Translations under genes and position numbers: made by a program | Notes under the pieces: model-generated | Databases searched by the model: none | Told to the model about the DNA's origin: nothing | The model's input: the letters and a program-made list of their open reading frames with translations, nothing else | In this document: positions 38,881 to 50,376 of the stretch, one piece after another | Layout: each line of letters opens with the position of its first letter | Position numbering within the stretch: position 1 is the stretch's first letter | NCBI RefSeq assembly: GCF_001194135.2 | Contig: NC_068981.1 | Coordinates: forward strand, 102,462,293-102,526,292 | Reading direction: 5' to 3' | DNA length: 64,000 nucleotides | Origin: Octopus bimaculoides | Lineage: Eukaryota

Positions 38881-40351
38881 TATCTTTCTAATTTTTAACT
38901 AATCTTACTGAGCTCGATTAGCTGCCTTTTAAACAGAAGAAAACCCCATGGATGTAATTGGAAAATATGCACATTTTTCTCCTGTAATCTACCTCTACCC
39001 TCTGAAAAAAAAAAAAAAATCATTAATATTTTATATTTTACTAATTATATACACTTGCAGGGACGTAAACACACCAGCAAGAAGCCTGTCGTATATATGT
39101 GTATGTATATATATGTGTTTGTTGTCTGTGTTTGTTCCCCCAACATTGGGGATGTAAACACACCAGCATCGGTTGCCAAGCAATGTTGGGGGGAACAAAC
39201 ACAGACAGACAAACACATATATATACATACACATATATACACTATGAATCATTTGATATTTAATATAATATTATATAATTTGTATACAATACTATAATAA
39301 TATTATAATAAATTCATAGCGTCCCCCAATCCACTGCCTTCCTCCCAATGCCTCCTTTTTCTCTACTGGCCCCCAACCCACTTAGGCACTAGCACCCACC
39401 TGGACCATCTCAATGCCCACCAGGGGAGTGGTAGTGCCCACCTTGAGAACCTATGACTTAGGGGAACTTGGTTTTCCTGATGTTCATGTCAGCCCTTACA
39501 GCCTGTACAATGTTTACAGAGCATTGAGCAGCAGTCATGGTGTTGGCATTTTGACACTTAGTGTGTGTGTGTGTGTGTGACTTGCATTCTAGAAATCTTA
39601 TAGTCTGGGCATTCATACCTTTGCTGAAACTAGTTGTTAGATTGAGAGATTGAAACTTCCAGTACTCATAATAAAATTTTAAAGCTTCAAATCTATTGAG
39701 TTCTCTCGTTTCTTTGGAACAGTCATACCCAGCATTCTATACTTACACACACACAGATACTCACACACAAATATAATGAATCTCATCTCATCTAAGCAAA
39801 GCGTAACTCACTCACTGGAAGTGTTTATGCAATAATTATAAAACATAAATATATCTAAACCATAAATATATATTTAAAGTCGATCTAAAGTAAAGATATA
39901 AAACTGCTAAAACAGAAATCTCAAAATCAACAACATAAATAAAATATGTGTTCTACAGACTCACAGTTTCTTTCATGACAAAACATTTGTTTCTGTGACA
40001 AATTTATTCCATCAAGTGGTGTTAGAAATACAATATTCCCTGTGGAGTATGAGACATTTTAGCAGTCATTTTGGCACCACCTATTTAGCTTTTCTGTTTC
40101 AATATTGATTCATTTGATATTACTTATTTTAACCCTTTAGCATCTAAACTGACCATATCCAGACTGAATATTCTACCAGTTTTATAGTGAAACTGACCAG
40201 ATAGCATTGTGCTGGTGGTTCACTATATTTTCACTTGATCAATTGATCAATTGCTTGTTTACACTTTTTCGTGATCAGTGAATTTACGTCACTGGAAAAA
40301 GTATATATGTATTTGCATTGGAAGCCCTTCGCATTGAAGATCGGTGATTGT

Positions 40352-40396
40352 CGTACGCTGACGAAGGGTAAATATCCAGAAACTCGAGTCCGTGCG
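40352..40396 (+). ncRNA. Type I hammerhead ribozyme motif, intact core, GUC cleavage triplet
   Basis: CGTACG-CTGACGA-A-GGGT(AAAT)ATCC-A-GAA-ACTCGAGT-C-CGTGCG. Confidence 0.75.
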
Positions 40397-40572
40397 TATC
40401 GCGTCAGATCGGGGATGGGCAGGATGACTTCCATTTGCAAATACCGACAAGGCACAGAAAGTGTGTCAATAGGCAGCTGGAGGAGATGTTCTCCCGGGGC
40501 TAAAAGCAACAGTGACATTCACCCCTAGGGTTTAGCCACATTTAAATGGCAAATATACTTCACGTATGTATA

Positions 40573-40924
40573 TACTCTTTTGATTGTTTCAGCCATTTGA
40601 CTGCAACCATGCTGGAGCACCGCCTTTAGTTCAGCAAATCGACCCCAGGGCTTATTGTCTGTAATCCTAGTACTTACTGTATCGCTCTGTTTTGCCGAAC
40701 TGCTAAGCTACGGGGACGTAAACACACCAGCATCGGTCGCCAAGCGATGTTGGGTGAACAAACACATATATATACATATACATATATACGACAGGCTTCT
40801 TTCTGTTTCCGTCTACCAAATCCACTCACAAGGCTTTGGTCAGCCTGAGGCCATAGTAGAAGACACTTGCCCAAGGTGCCATGCAGTGGGACTGAACCCG
40901 GAACCATGTGGTTCGTAAGCAAGC
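40573..40924 (-). mobile_element. SINE family B, full length
   Basis: Similarity to 15938-16320. Confidence 0.85.
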
Positions 40925-41137
40925 TATATATTTATATATATATATAAATATATATATATATAGATATAGATATATATATATATGAATATATATATAAATA
41001 TACATACATACATATATATTTATATATATGTATATATATATATATATATATATGCATATAAATATATATATAAATATACATATATATATATATGTACACA
41101 CATATATATATAAATATACATATATATATATATATAT

Positions 41138-41182
<45 letters not shown>

Positions 41183-41183
41183 T

Positions 41184-41240
<57 letters not shown>

Positions 41241-41251
41241 CATATATATAC

Positions 41252-41752
41252 GAAGCATTGAAGCATCACCTTTGAACGTTGAAACTCACAGAGCAATGAC
41301 GAGACCAAGACCTCTGGAGATATGCTGTGATTGAGAAGACCCAATAAGTAAAGTGAGATCACAGCTGTAGCCTATGCCAGTGTTGCATAACTAGCCCATT
41401 TAAAAAGTACCTTTGAATTGTTGGGCGACACACTGGGCTTGAGGAGACCTATTGAGTCAAGTAAAATCAAAAATCAAAATCACAATAAGAATCTCAGTCA
41501 AATCAAAATCAAAATGGAAATTGTAGTTGTGACCAATGCTAGTGCCGCCTGACTGGCTCCTGTGCTGGTGGCAGATAAAAAGCTCCCGCTACACTCTTGG
41601 AGTGGTTAGCCATAGGAAGGTCATCCAGCCGTAGAAACATAGCCAGATCAGACTGGAGCCTGGTGCAGCCTCCTGGCTTGCCAGTCCCCAGTCAAAGCGT
41701 CCAACCCATGCCAGCATGGAAAACAGACGTTAAACAATGATGATGATGATGA
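41252..41752 (+). mobile_element. RTE LINE 3' end: ORF C-terminus plus 3' UTR and (GAT)n tail
   Basis: Reads [28 protein letters not shown], then the AGGAAGG.CATCCAGC UTR. Confidence 0.75.
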
Positions 41753-41783
41753 TATACATACACACACACACATATATATATAT

Positions 41784-42043
41784 GTGGAGGCGCAATGGCC
41801 CAGTGGTAAGGGCGTTGTGTGTGTTTATTGAGTGAAAACACATAAAAGCTCCACGAAGCTCTGGCAGCGGGTGGTGGCAACCCCTGTTGTACTCTTTCGC
41901 CGCAACTTTCTCTCACTCTTTCTTCCTGTTTCTTGAGTAATGCTGCGATGGACTGGCGTCCCGTCCTGCGGGGAGGAACACATACGCCATAGAAACCAGG
42001 GAATTGGGCCCATGAGCCTGGCTAGGCTTTAAAATGGCGCATA
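41784..42043 (+). mobile_element. SINE family C variant with internal deletion
   Basis: GGCGCAATGGCCCAGTGGTAAGGGCG head; tail matches the reverse complement of 28872-28960. Confidence 0.65.
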
Positions 42044-42479
42044 AAAGAAAATAATATATATATACACACACACACACACACATATATATTTATATACATA
42101 CATACATACATATATATATATACACACACACACATATATATAATATGTATATATACATACATAGACACACACATGCACATACACACACACATATATATAT
42201 TCGTGCACGTGAGAGGGAAGTGGAAGATGTGAGAATCCATGCTGATGAAGTGGTGAAGTGGAGATTTTGAAAGCTGGTGTTAGAGAAGTTGAAGTGGTGT
42301 TGTATAAATGGTAAATTGGAAGTGGGGATGACGATTTGAGTGATGTTGATATAATGTTGAAGGTGAGGGAAACAAAATAAGACAAAAATGAAAAATAAGA
42401 AGAGTAAGTGCTCCCAGATACCATAATAATTGATTGCAGAGGAAATTGCAGACATTATTTTCAGACTCTACTAGGTAAC

Positions 42480-43700
42480 CATGGTGTCAGCAATGATAAG
42501 GGGAAGGAGAAGGTAAAAGAGGAGAAAGATTCAAATTAGAAACCACCGTCATGACCACCAACACCACCACCACCACCGCTGCCGCTACCGCCACCACCAT
42601 GGCCACNNNNNNNNNNNNNNNNNNNNNNNNNNNNNNNNNNNNNNNNNNNNNNNNNNNNNNNNNNNNNNNNNNNNNNNNNNNNNNNNNNNNNNNCACCACC
42701 GCCGCTGTCACCACCACTGCCACCATGACCACCATCGCCACCACCATGGCCACTGGCGCTGCCACCATCACCACCACCGCCGATGCCACCACCGCCACTG
42801 CGTTGTTGTTGCCATTGTCCCCCTCCTCCTCACCATCATCATTAATTTTGTTGTCATCATCATCATCATCATCAACTCCCAAATTATTGCCTCAATTTTC
42901 TTTAACATTGTCAGTGTCATCATCGTCATCATCATCATTATCATCATCCTCCTCATCATCATCTTGATAATGAACTAGGGCATCTGCCCAACCTCACCCT
43001 AATAGACCTATAGCTCTCCATACAACCAGCAATACAACAACAACAATGATCCTTTGAGCACCATCACCACTACCGTCATCTCCCCACCATTAACCACCAT
43101 CTCAACTGTTACTACTATTGCTGCTGTTGCTTCAACTACTACTACTACTACTACTACTAATGACACCTCCACATTTCTGTCACCACCACCACCGCCACCA
43201 CCACTCATACAACCACAATCTACTACTACCAATACCCTTAAATTACCACTATGTCCACTGCCATCACACCCTCAACTGTGGCAACCGTGACCCACCACCA
43301 CAACCTCCTACGCTACAACAGCAACAACAAAGAGAACCTTTAATACCACCACCTCTACAACCACCACAATTGCCACTACCACCAGCACAATTAACAGCAC
43401 AACCGCAATCACTTCCACTACAACCACCACCACCACCACAGAAGAAAAGAAAAGAAAGAATGAAGGAAAGAAGGAAGGAAGAAAGAAAGGAAGGAAGGAA
43501 AGTACAACTACCACCACCTCCCCCACAATCCCTGCCGCCACAACCAATTTCCCCACCACTGTGACCACCACAACCCTCCCCACCTCCATGATCACCACAA
43601 CCACGCCATCATAGCCAACACAACCACCTCTATAACCACAATAACCACTATGACCATTTCTACCACCACTACCACAATAATCACCTCTCCCCCCACTCCA
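42480..43700. repeat. Degenerate (CAC/CAT/ACT)n low-complexity tract
   Basis: Direct reading. Confidence 0.9.
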
Positions 43701-44767
43701 CACACCTCCTTATATATTATCTTTCTACTTTCACTTTCTACACCAACCACTAGACCAATCTATGACAGAGGTGCAGCAGTATTGGTGAATTGTTGACCAG
43801 TTTTACAATAAGTTGCTCCTTAACACAAAATGGAAGATAATATATGGAGTAAACCTTTTGTCTGATCACATAACAAATGTCTATTAGGATCTATAACCTT
43901 TCAAGTTTTCTTTACAACTGCTCTTTCTTCAATCACTTTCTCTCTTACTCTATCTTTTCTTCTTTTCTTTCTTAACTTATTCTATTTTATTTTCCTTCCT
44001 TTTTATTTTGTTTTTCATTACTCCTTTCTTCTTTGTTTCATTCCTATCTTTTTTCTTCAGTTTTTATTCTTTTCTTCCTTCCTTCTTTCCTTTTGTCTTT
44101 CATTGATTTCATCAGTTACATATTTTGCTTTTTTTTCTTCACTTTCTTTTTTCTTTTGTCTTTTTCTTTCTTTTATCTTTTTCTTTCTTTTCTAGTTTGT
44201 TTTCTTCCTTCTCTTAACTCTTTTCCTTTCATTGTTATTCCTTTCTTTTTTCTTCACTTTCTAATTCTTTCTTTCTACATTTTTCTTCCTTCCTTCAATG
44301 ACTTTGTCTCTTTCTTTTTCCAAGTCTGAAGGAAGTAGCTAAATTTACATCTTAAACACTATGCTTATTCTTCATGAAAAAAATAAATTTACCTGATCCT
44401 TACCAATTCACATGCCCTCTACAAATATCCATGTGCCACAGGGCAATGTTGCTCACATATCTGAAGTTAGGGTACTGCAACATGCTTTTTAATATGATAG
44501 ATCATGATATGAGGGAATTGTGACTACTATTCTTAGCTGGTCAATGTTATAATGTAGGAGCAAACAATGATATTGTGCACAGATAATAATGTATATTACT
44601 AGCAGATTTATAAAGTAAATGAGGTTGTCAAGGTGTGTGACAAGATAAATAAGCATAGGTAAACCTTGAACAAGACACATGATGAACAAGTCCCTGCCTG
44701 TGCATCATTATTCGAATGAAAGGACTCAGATACTGAAGACCCACATATAGTAATAGAAACACTATTG

Positions 44768-45003
44768 AGGCAGCTAGCTGGCAGAAACGTTAGCACACCG
44801 GGCAAAATGCTTAGCGGTATTTCGTCTGCTGTTACATTCTGAGTTCAAATTCCGCTGAGGTCGATTTTGCCCTTTATCTTTTCGGGGGTCGATTAAATAA
44901 GTACCAGTTACGCACTGGGGTCAGTATAATCAACTTAATCCATTTGTCTGTCCTTGTTTGTCCCCTCTGTGTGTAACCCCTTGTGGGCAGTAAAGAAATA
45001 AGA
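44768..45003 (+). mobile_element. SINE family A
   Basis: Similarity to 35201-35422. Confidence 0.85.
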
Positions 45004-45207
45004 AACACTCAATGAATAAGTCAATAACTGTTACTGAGTATCTGGTCAGCTCTGATCCAGCAGACTTTGAATCTTCCATCAATGATCATCCTGTATTATA
45101 TTCAGGATTACATTTATTTAATAAGATCTTTATTTTAAGACTCACAAGTGTGATTTTAGAGTAATTTGCTTCTAATTCATGTGTGTGTGCATGCGTGTAT
45201 GTATATG

Positions 45208-46087
45208 TGGTCTGATCAATAAGTATCTGGATTGTTGCTGTAGTAACGACACTAAAGCACACAGATTAAAGTTGCTTGGCACAGATTCGCCTTGAATTCT
45301 GTTGTACATGCATACTAAATTTTAACATTCTACCTCATATCCGCTATATACAGCAGTGTTTGAAAGGATGGTGTGTAGTGTGTGATCATCACATTGACTG
45401 TGGCAGAGAAAGTTGAACAGAAAATTTGAATTAAATCTTGCCAAAAGTTTGACGATACCTGCTCAGAGACCTACACAAGATTTTCAAAAAGTTTTCATTG
45501 TTCTTGACACAATCAAGGAGATTTTGTGCAACTGAAACCTGAGTGTCTTTTTGATCAGCTGAAAGCAGTTTTGGTACAAACTTGACAGACACACATCTCA
45601 TATCCAAATCTTCAGTGATAATGGACTGAACAGAATCATAACTAATCTGCATATCCTCTGATAAATCATGGATGGTGATTTGATGATTTCCCATCACAGC
45701 TGTACACACATCTGCAATGTTTTTCTCAGTTCTGCTGGTTGTGGGTCTCCCAGAAGAGTTGTCTATATTGACATTTTTCAGCCATCTTGGAAACGTCTGA
45801 ACCACTCGTACACTTGTGTGCGGCTCATACACTCCTCTCTATGCATTTTCTACAACTTTGCATAAGCTTCTGAGGAAGTATCACCATGACAACTTACACT
45901 GTCGTGGTCAATGCAACAATCACACCTTCCTTCCAAGCACTGCTGTAAACAGCAGAAGTGAGCTAGAACGTTAAAACTTAGTACACATGCACAGCAGAGT
46001 TCAAGGTCAATCTTTGCCAAGTACCTTCACTAAGCGTGCTTTAGCTTTGTTACTATGGCAACAGTCCGGATACTTATTGATCAGACC
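45208..46087 (-). mobile_element. mariner-derived element with both TIRs, built from two 5' ends; N-terminal transposase fragment 45431-45832
   Basis: GGTCTGATCAATAAGTATC / GATACTTATTGATCAGACC TIRs. The ORF has SGRPTTSRT...ITEDLDMRCVSVKFVPKLL; no catalytic DDD domain. Confidence 0.85.
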
Positions 46088-46106
46088 TTATATATATATA
46101 TATATA

Positions 46107-47149
46107 AACAAATGGTAAATGAATAAATGGTAAATGAGTATATGCATATATACGTACAGGTATGTGCATACCGACATCCACCTGTATGTATAGGTGCATA
46201 TCTGGGTACAGGACATGGCAAACAAAACAGAGACGAGAAAACACACAAGCCACATAGAGAACATTCTACTTCATCAGCTACCTCCGTTTCAACACCGGCG
46301 TTTCNNNNNNNNNNNNNNNNNNNNNNNNNNNNNNNNNNNNNNNNNNNNNNNNNNNNNNNNNNNNNNNNNNNNNNNNNNNNNNNNNNNNNNNNNNNNNNNN
46401 NNNNNNNNNNNNNNNNNNNNNNNNNNNNNNNNNNNNNNNNNNNNNNNNNNNNNNNNNNNNNNNNNNNNAAACAAACAGAAAAGGCTTTACGGCCAGACGA
46501 GAAAAATTGTTTGTGTGTGAACGCTGTGAGGCACGAACTTGAAAGTAGGGACGAAATGGTTCGTGTGTTTGCTCGGCGACAGCCAAGGAAGAAAAGCATT
46601 ATTGACCGGAAGCATGTGACCATGCCGGTGTAAGGGGAAGAGAGAGAATGGCAAAGGGAGAGAAACAAAGGGAGGAAGTAGAAGAATAGGTGAGCAACGA
46701 GAGGAAAAGAGAAAGAGAGGAAGTACGAGGGGGAAAAAAGAGATACGTAGTAGTAACAGAGGAAGAACGAGAGGGGTAAAGCGAGATATGTAGTAGTAAA
46801 GAGGAAGAACGAGGGGAAGAGAGAGAGCGTGGTAGAGGGAGAAACAAAGGGAGGAAGTAGAGGAATAGGTGAGCAACGAAAGAGAAAGAGAGGAAGTACG
46901 AGGGGGAAAAAAGAGATACGTAGTAGTAACAGAGGAAGAACGAGAGGGGTAAAGTGAGATACGTAGTAGTAAAGAGGAAGAATGAGAGGGGGGAAAAATG
47001 ATAGAGGAAGAGAAAGAGAAAGAGATAGAGTAGCGTCGGAAAATATGAAGTTACGAAAAACTACTTACAATTGGAGACGCTGCGATCAATCATGTAAAAA
47101 CAAATGGTAAATGAGTATATGCATATATACGTACAGGTATGTGCATACC

Positions 47150-47153
<4 letters not shown>
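46107..47153 (-). mobile_element. Second member of the direct-repeat non-coding element family
   Basis: AAACAAATGGTAAATGAGTATATGCATATATACGTACAGGTATGTGCATACCGACAT at both ends. Reverse complement shares ATGTCCTGTACCCA...GATGTCGGTATG with 37036-38001. Body contains an ~180 bp tandem duplication (46657-46990). Confidence 0.7.
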
Positions 47154-47220
<67 letters not shown>

Positions 47221-47530
47221 ATATCTCATCATCATCATCATTTAATGTTCATGTTTGATGTTGGCATAGGTTGGATGATTCAACAGGAACTGATGTGTCC
47301 AAGTACTGGATCGAGCTCTGTCTGCTTTGGCATGATTTCTACAGCTGGATGCTCTTCCTAATGCTAATCACTTTACAAAGTGTACTGGATGCTTTTCTCT
47401 TCAGGCCACCTGCATTGTTGTGGTTGTCACACAGTTTGCAGGACTATGATCTCTAGGGTGGGTGGGGGTAGGACAGGCTTCATGCTAAGAGACAAAAGGA
47501 TTACTAGGAAGGAAGTGGCGTAGAGCAAGT

Positions 47531-47563
<33 letters not shown>

Positions 47564-47673
47564 ATATATATATATATACACATGCACACACACACATATA
47601 TATATATACACATATATACATATACCTATATACATACACACACATATGTATATATACATATATATATATATAA

Positions 47674-47758
<85 letters not shown>

Positions 47759-47827
47759 TTCATGTATATATTAATATTATCTCAGTTTAAAAAAACCTTG
47801 ACAATGTAAATATGTTAATAGTTACCA

Positions 47828-48182
47828 TGGGAGCATGATCATTACCAACGTCGCCTTTCTGGCTCTTGTGCCAGTGGCACGTGAAAAGACATTCGAGCGA
47901 GATCGTTGCCAGTACTGCTGGACTGGCTCCTGTGCAGGTGGCACGTAAAAACACCATTTCGAGCATGGTCTTTGCCAGTACCTCCTGACTGGCCTTCGTG
48001 CCGGTGGCACATAAAAGCACCCACTACACTCTCGGAGTGGTTGGCGTTAGGAAGGGCATCCAGCTGTAGAAACTCTGCCAAATCAGATTGGAGCCTGGTG
48101 TAGCCATCTGGTTCACCAGTCCTTGGTCAAATCGTCCAACCCATGCTAGCATGGAAAGCGGACGTTAAACGATGATGATGAT
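47828..48182 (+). mobile_element. RTE LINE 3' UTR with three ~60 nt tandem GTGGCAC(G/A)TAAAA units
   Basis: Direct reading; ends GGAAAGCGGACGTTAAACGATGATGATG. Confidence 0.85.
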
Positions 48183-48694
48183 ATATATACATATACTCAC
48201 ACACACATATACATACACATGGCCTTTTAATGTGATTTGCTGGTATTTATATATTTCCTTTCCAATAAAATTTCCTTATATTCCTGATTTCGCTAAAATA
48301 AGCAGCATGTATGTGATGGCAAGGCCAAACATTTGCTTAGTCATTTTTTAATTACAGATCGACATTTTCTTTCGGCTATTTGCTTATTTATTCTTTACCG
48401 ACCTTGGAAATAATTGCTGTTCTTTGAACATTTTTCCTAAACTTTATTGCATCAACCTTTTCTTTTCTCTTTTCTTGCATCATTTATATTTTTTTCTGTT
48501 TTATTTGTTTATTTTGTTAAAATTTTATCTCTTTTTACTTTCTTTTCGATTCCTTATTAATTTCCTCATTTCTTCATTTCTTCTTCTTCTACATGCACAC
48601 ATACACATACATCTGCATGTGCCTATTATATGCATATATGTTTGTGTGTGTGTATGTATATATATCTATATACATATATGTATATATATGTGTG

Positions 48695-48729
<35 letters not shown>

Positions 48730-48730
48730 G

Positions 48731-48767
<37 letters not shown>

Positions 48768-49356
48768 NNNNNNNNNNNNNNNNNNNNNNNNNNNNNNNNN
48801 NNNNNNNNNNNNNNNNNNNNNNNNNNNNNNNNNNNNNNNNNNNNNNNNNNNNNNNNNNNNNNNNNNNNNNNNNNNNNNNNNNNNNNNNNNNNNNNNNNNN
48901 NNNNNNNNNNNNNNNNNNNNNNNNNNNNNNNNNNNNNNNNNNNNNNNNNNNNNNNNNNNNNNNNNNNNNNNNNNNNNNNNNNNNNNNNNNNNNNNNNNNN
49001 NNNNNNNNNNNNNNNNNNNNNNNNNNNNNNNNNNNNNNNNNNNNNNNNNNNNNNNNNNNNNNNNNNNNNNNNNNNNNNNNNNNNNNNNNNNNNNNNNNNN
49101 NNNNNNNNNNNNNNNNNNNNNNNNNNNNNNNNNNNNNNNNNNNNNNNNNNNNNNNNNNNNNNNNNNNNNNNNNNNNNNNNNNNNNNNNNNNNNNNNNNNN
49201 NNNNNNNNNNNNNNNNNNNNNNNNNNNNNNNNNNNNNNNNNNNNNNNNNNNNNNNNNNNNNNNNNNNNNNNNNNNNNNNNNNNNNNNNNNNNNNNNNNNN
49301 NNNNNNNNNNNNNNNNNNNNNNNNNNNNNNNNNNNNNNNNNNNNNNNNNNNNNNNN

Positions 49357-49450
<94 letters not shown>

Positions 49451-50322
49451 GCACATATGTGTATATATTCATCTTTCTATCTACTTCCCTCTCTCACTTT
49501 TTCCCATTTATGTATACATAAAAGTAAAAGCAGCAAAAGGATATACATATATGTACATGCATACAAACGCGCGCACGCACACACACACACACACACAACA
49601 CACGTGTGCATGAGCGCAAAACACATACAAACACGAACATATATAGATATATATACATGTATGTATGTATGAATGTATGTATGTATGTACGTATGTATAT
49701 GCAAGCATGTATATATATGTATATGCGTGTGCTTAGGCATATGTATTTATGTGTGCATATGTGAGTACATACGTGTATACATTTATGTATGTATGTGTGT
49801 GTGTGTGTGAGTGTGTCTTTTTTTATTGAAGTTTCATCTGGAAATAGGAATCAATAATACAAACTATTTTCATCATTATGAAGAATTTAGAAGTCTTTGG
49901 ATGTTTGTTGATGTCTGTAACTCTTGTTGATTGGAGTCAAACTGCTTCAAAATTTATAATCGAACAATGGTCTGGCACCACCCGCCTCATCCATGACATA
50001 CATACTCAGAAACTTGTACCATATTACCTTTTTATTTTAAATTCTGTTTTTCACTATCTCATTTTATTGTTTGAAGCACTCTTTGATCTTCCAGCCTTTA
50101 TAAGACCAGTGAACTGGAGTGGCTATGAGTGACCTGCATTTGAAGGTCAGCAAATAGAATTGACCTGAATTTGTAACCTCTCAAGGCTACTATATTTGAG
50201 AGGTCTGATTTTATCACCTCAGAAATACGAAAGAAATGCAGCAAAGAAAATGAATATTCTGCTACTGTTATATGGTACTGTCCATCTAAAGACACCTGAC
50301 CTAATATGATATAAAACAGGGT

Positions 50323-50376
50323 AATTTTGGAAATCAAAGAGTCATTGCTAGCAATGACTCTTTGATTTCCAAAATT
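50323..50376. repeat. Perfect 54 bp palindrome, no spacer
   Basis: AATTTTGGAAATCAAAGAGTCATTGCTAGCAATGACTCTTTGATTTCCAAAATT. Confidence 0.95.

Noticed and set aside
42090-42455. ORF with hydrophobic segment (MSAISS...HLLFLFFIFVLFCF)
   Set aside because: No recognisable homology; it runs into a microsatellite and arises from a pyrimidine-biased strand.
43054-43703. Mucin-like Thr/Pro-rich ORFs
   Set aside because: Degenerate (ACC)n sequence open in several frames, with no splice or domain support.
47828-48030. CRISPR-like repeat-spacer pattern
   Set aside because: Imperfect tandem units in an RTE 3' UTR in a eukaryotic genome; no cas genes.
48424-49672. ORFs of 250-400 aa with YI repeats and X runs (also at 6.4, 10.3, 25.2, 36.2, 56.7 kb)
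   Set aside because: (TA)n tracts read through assembly gaps.
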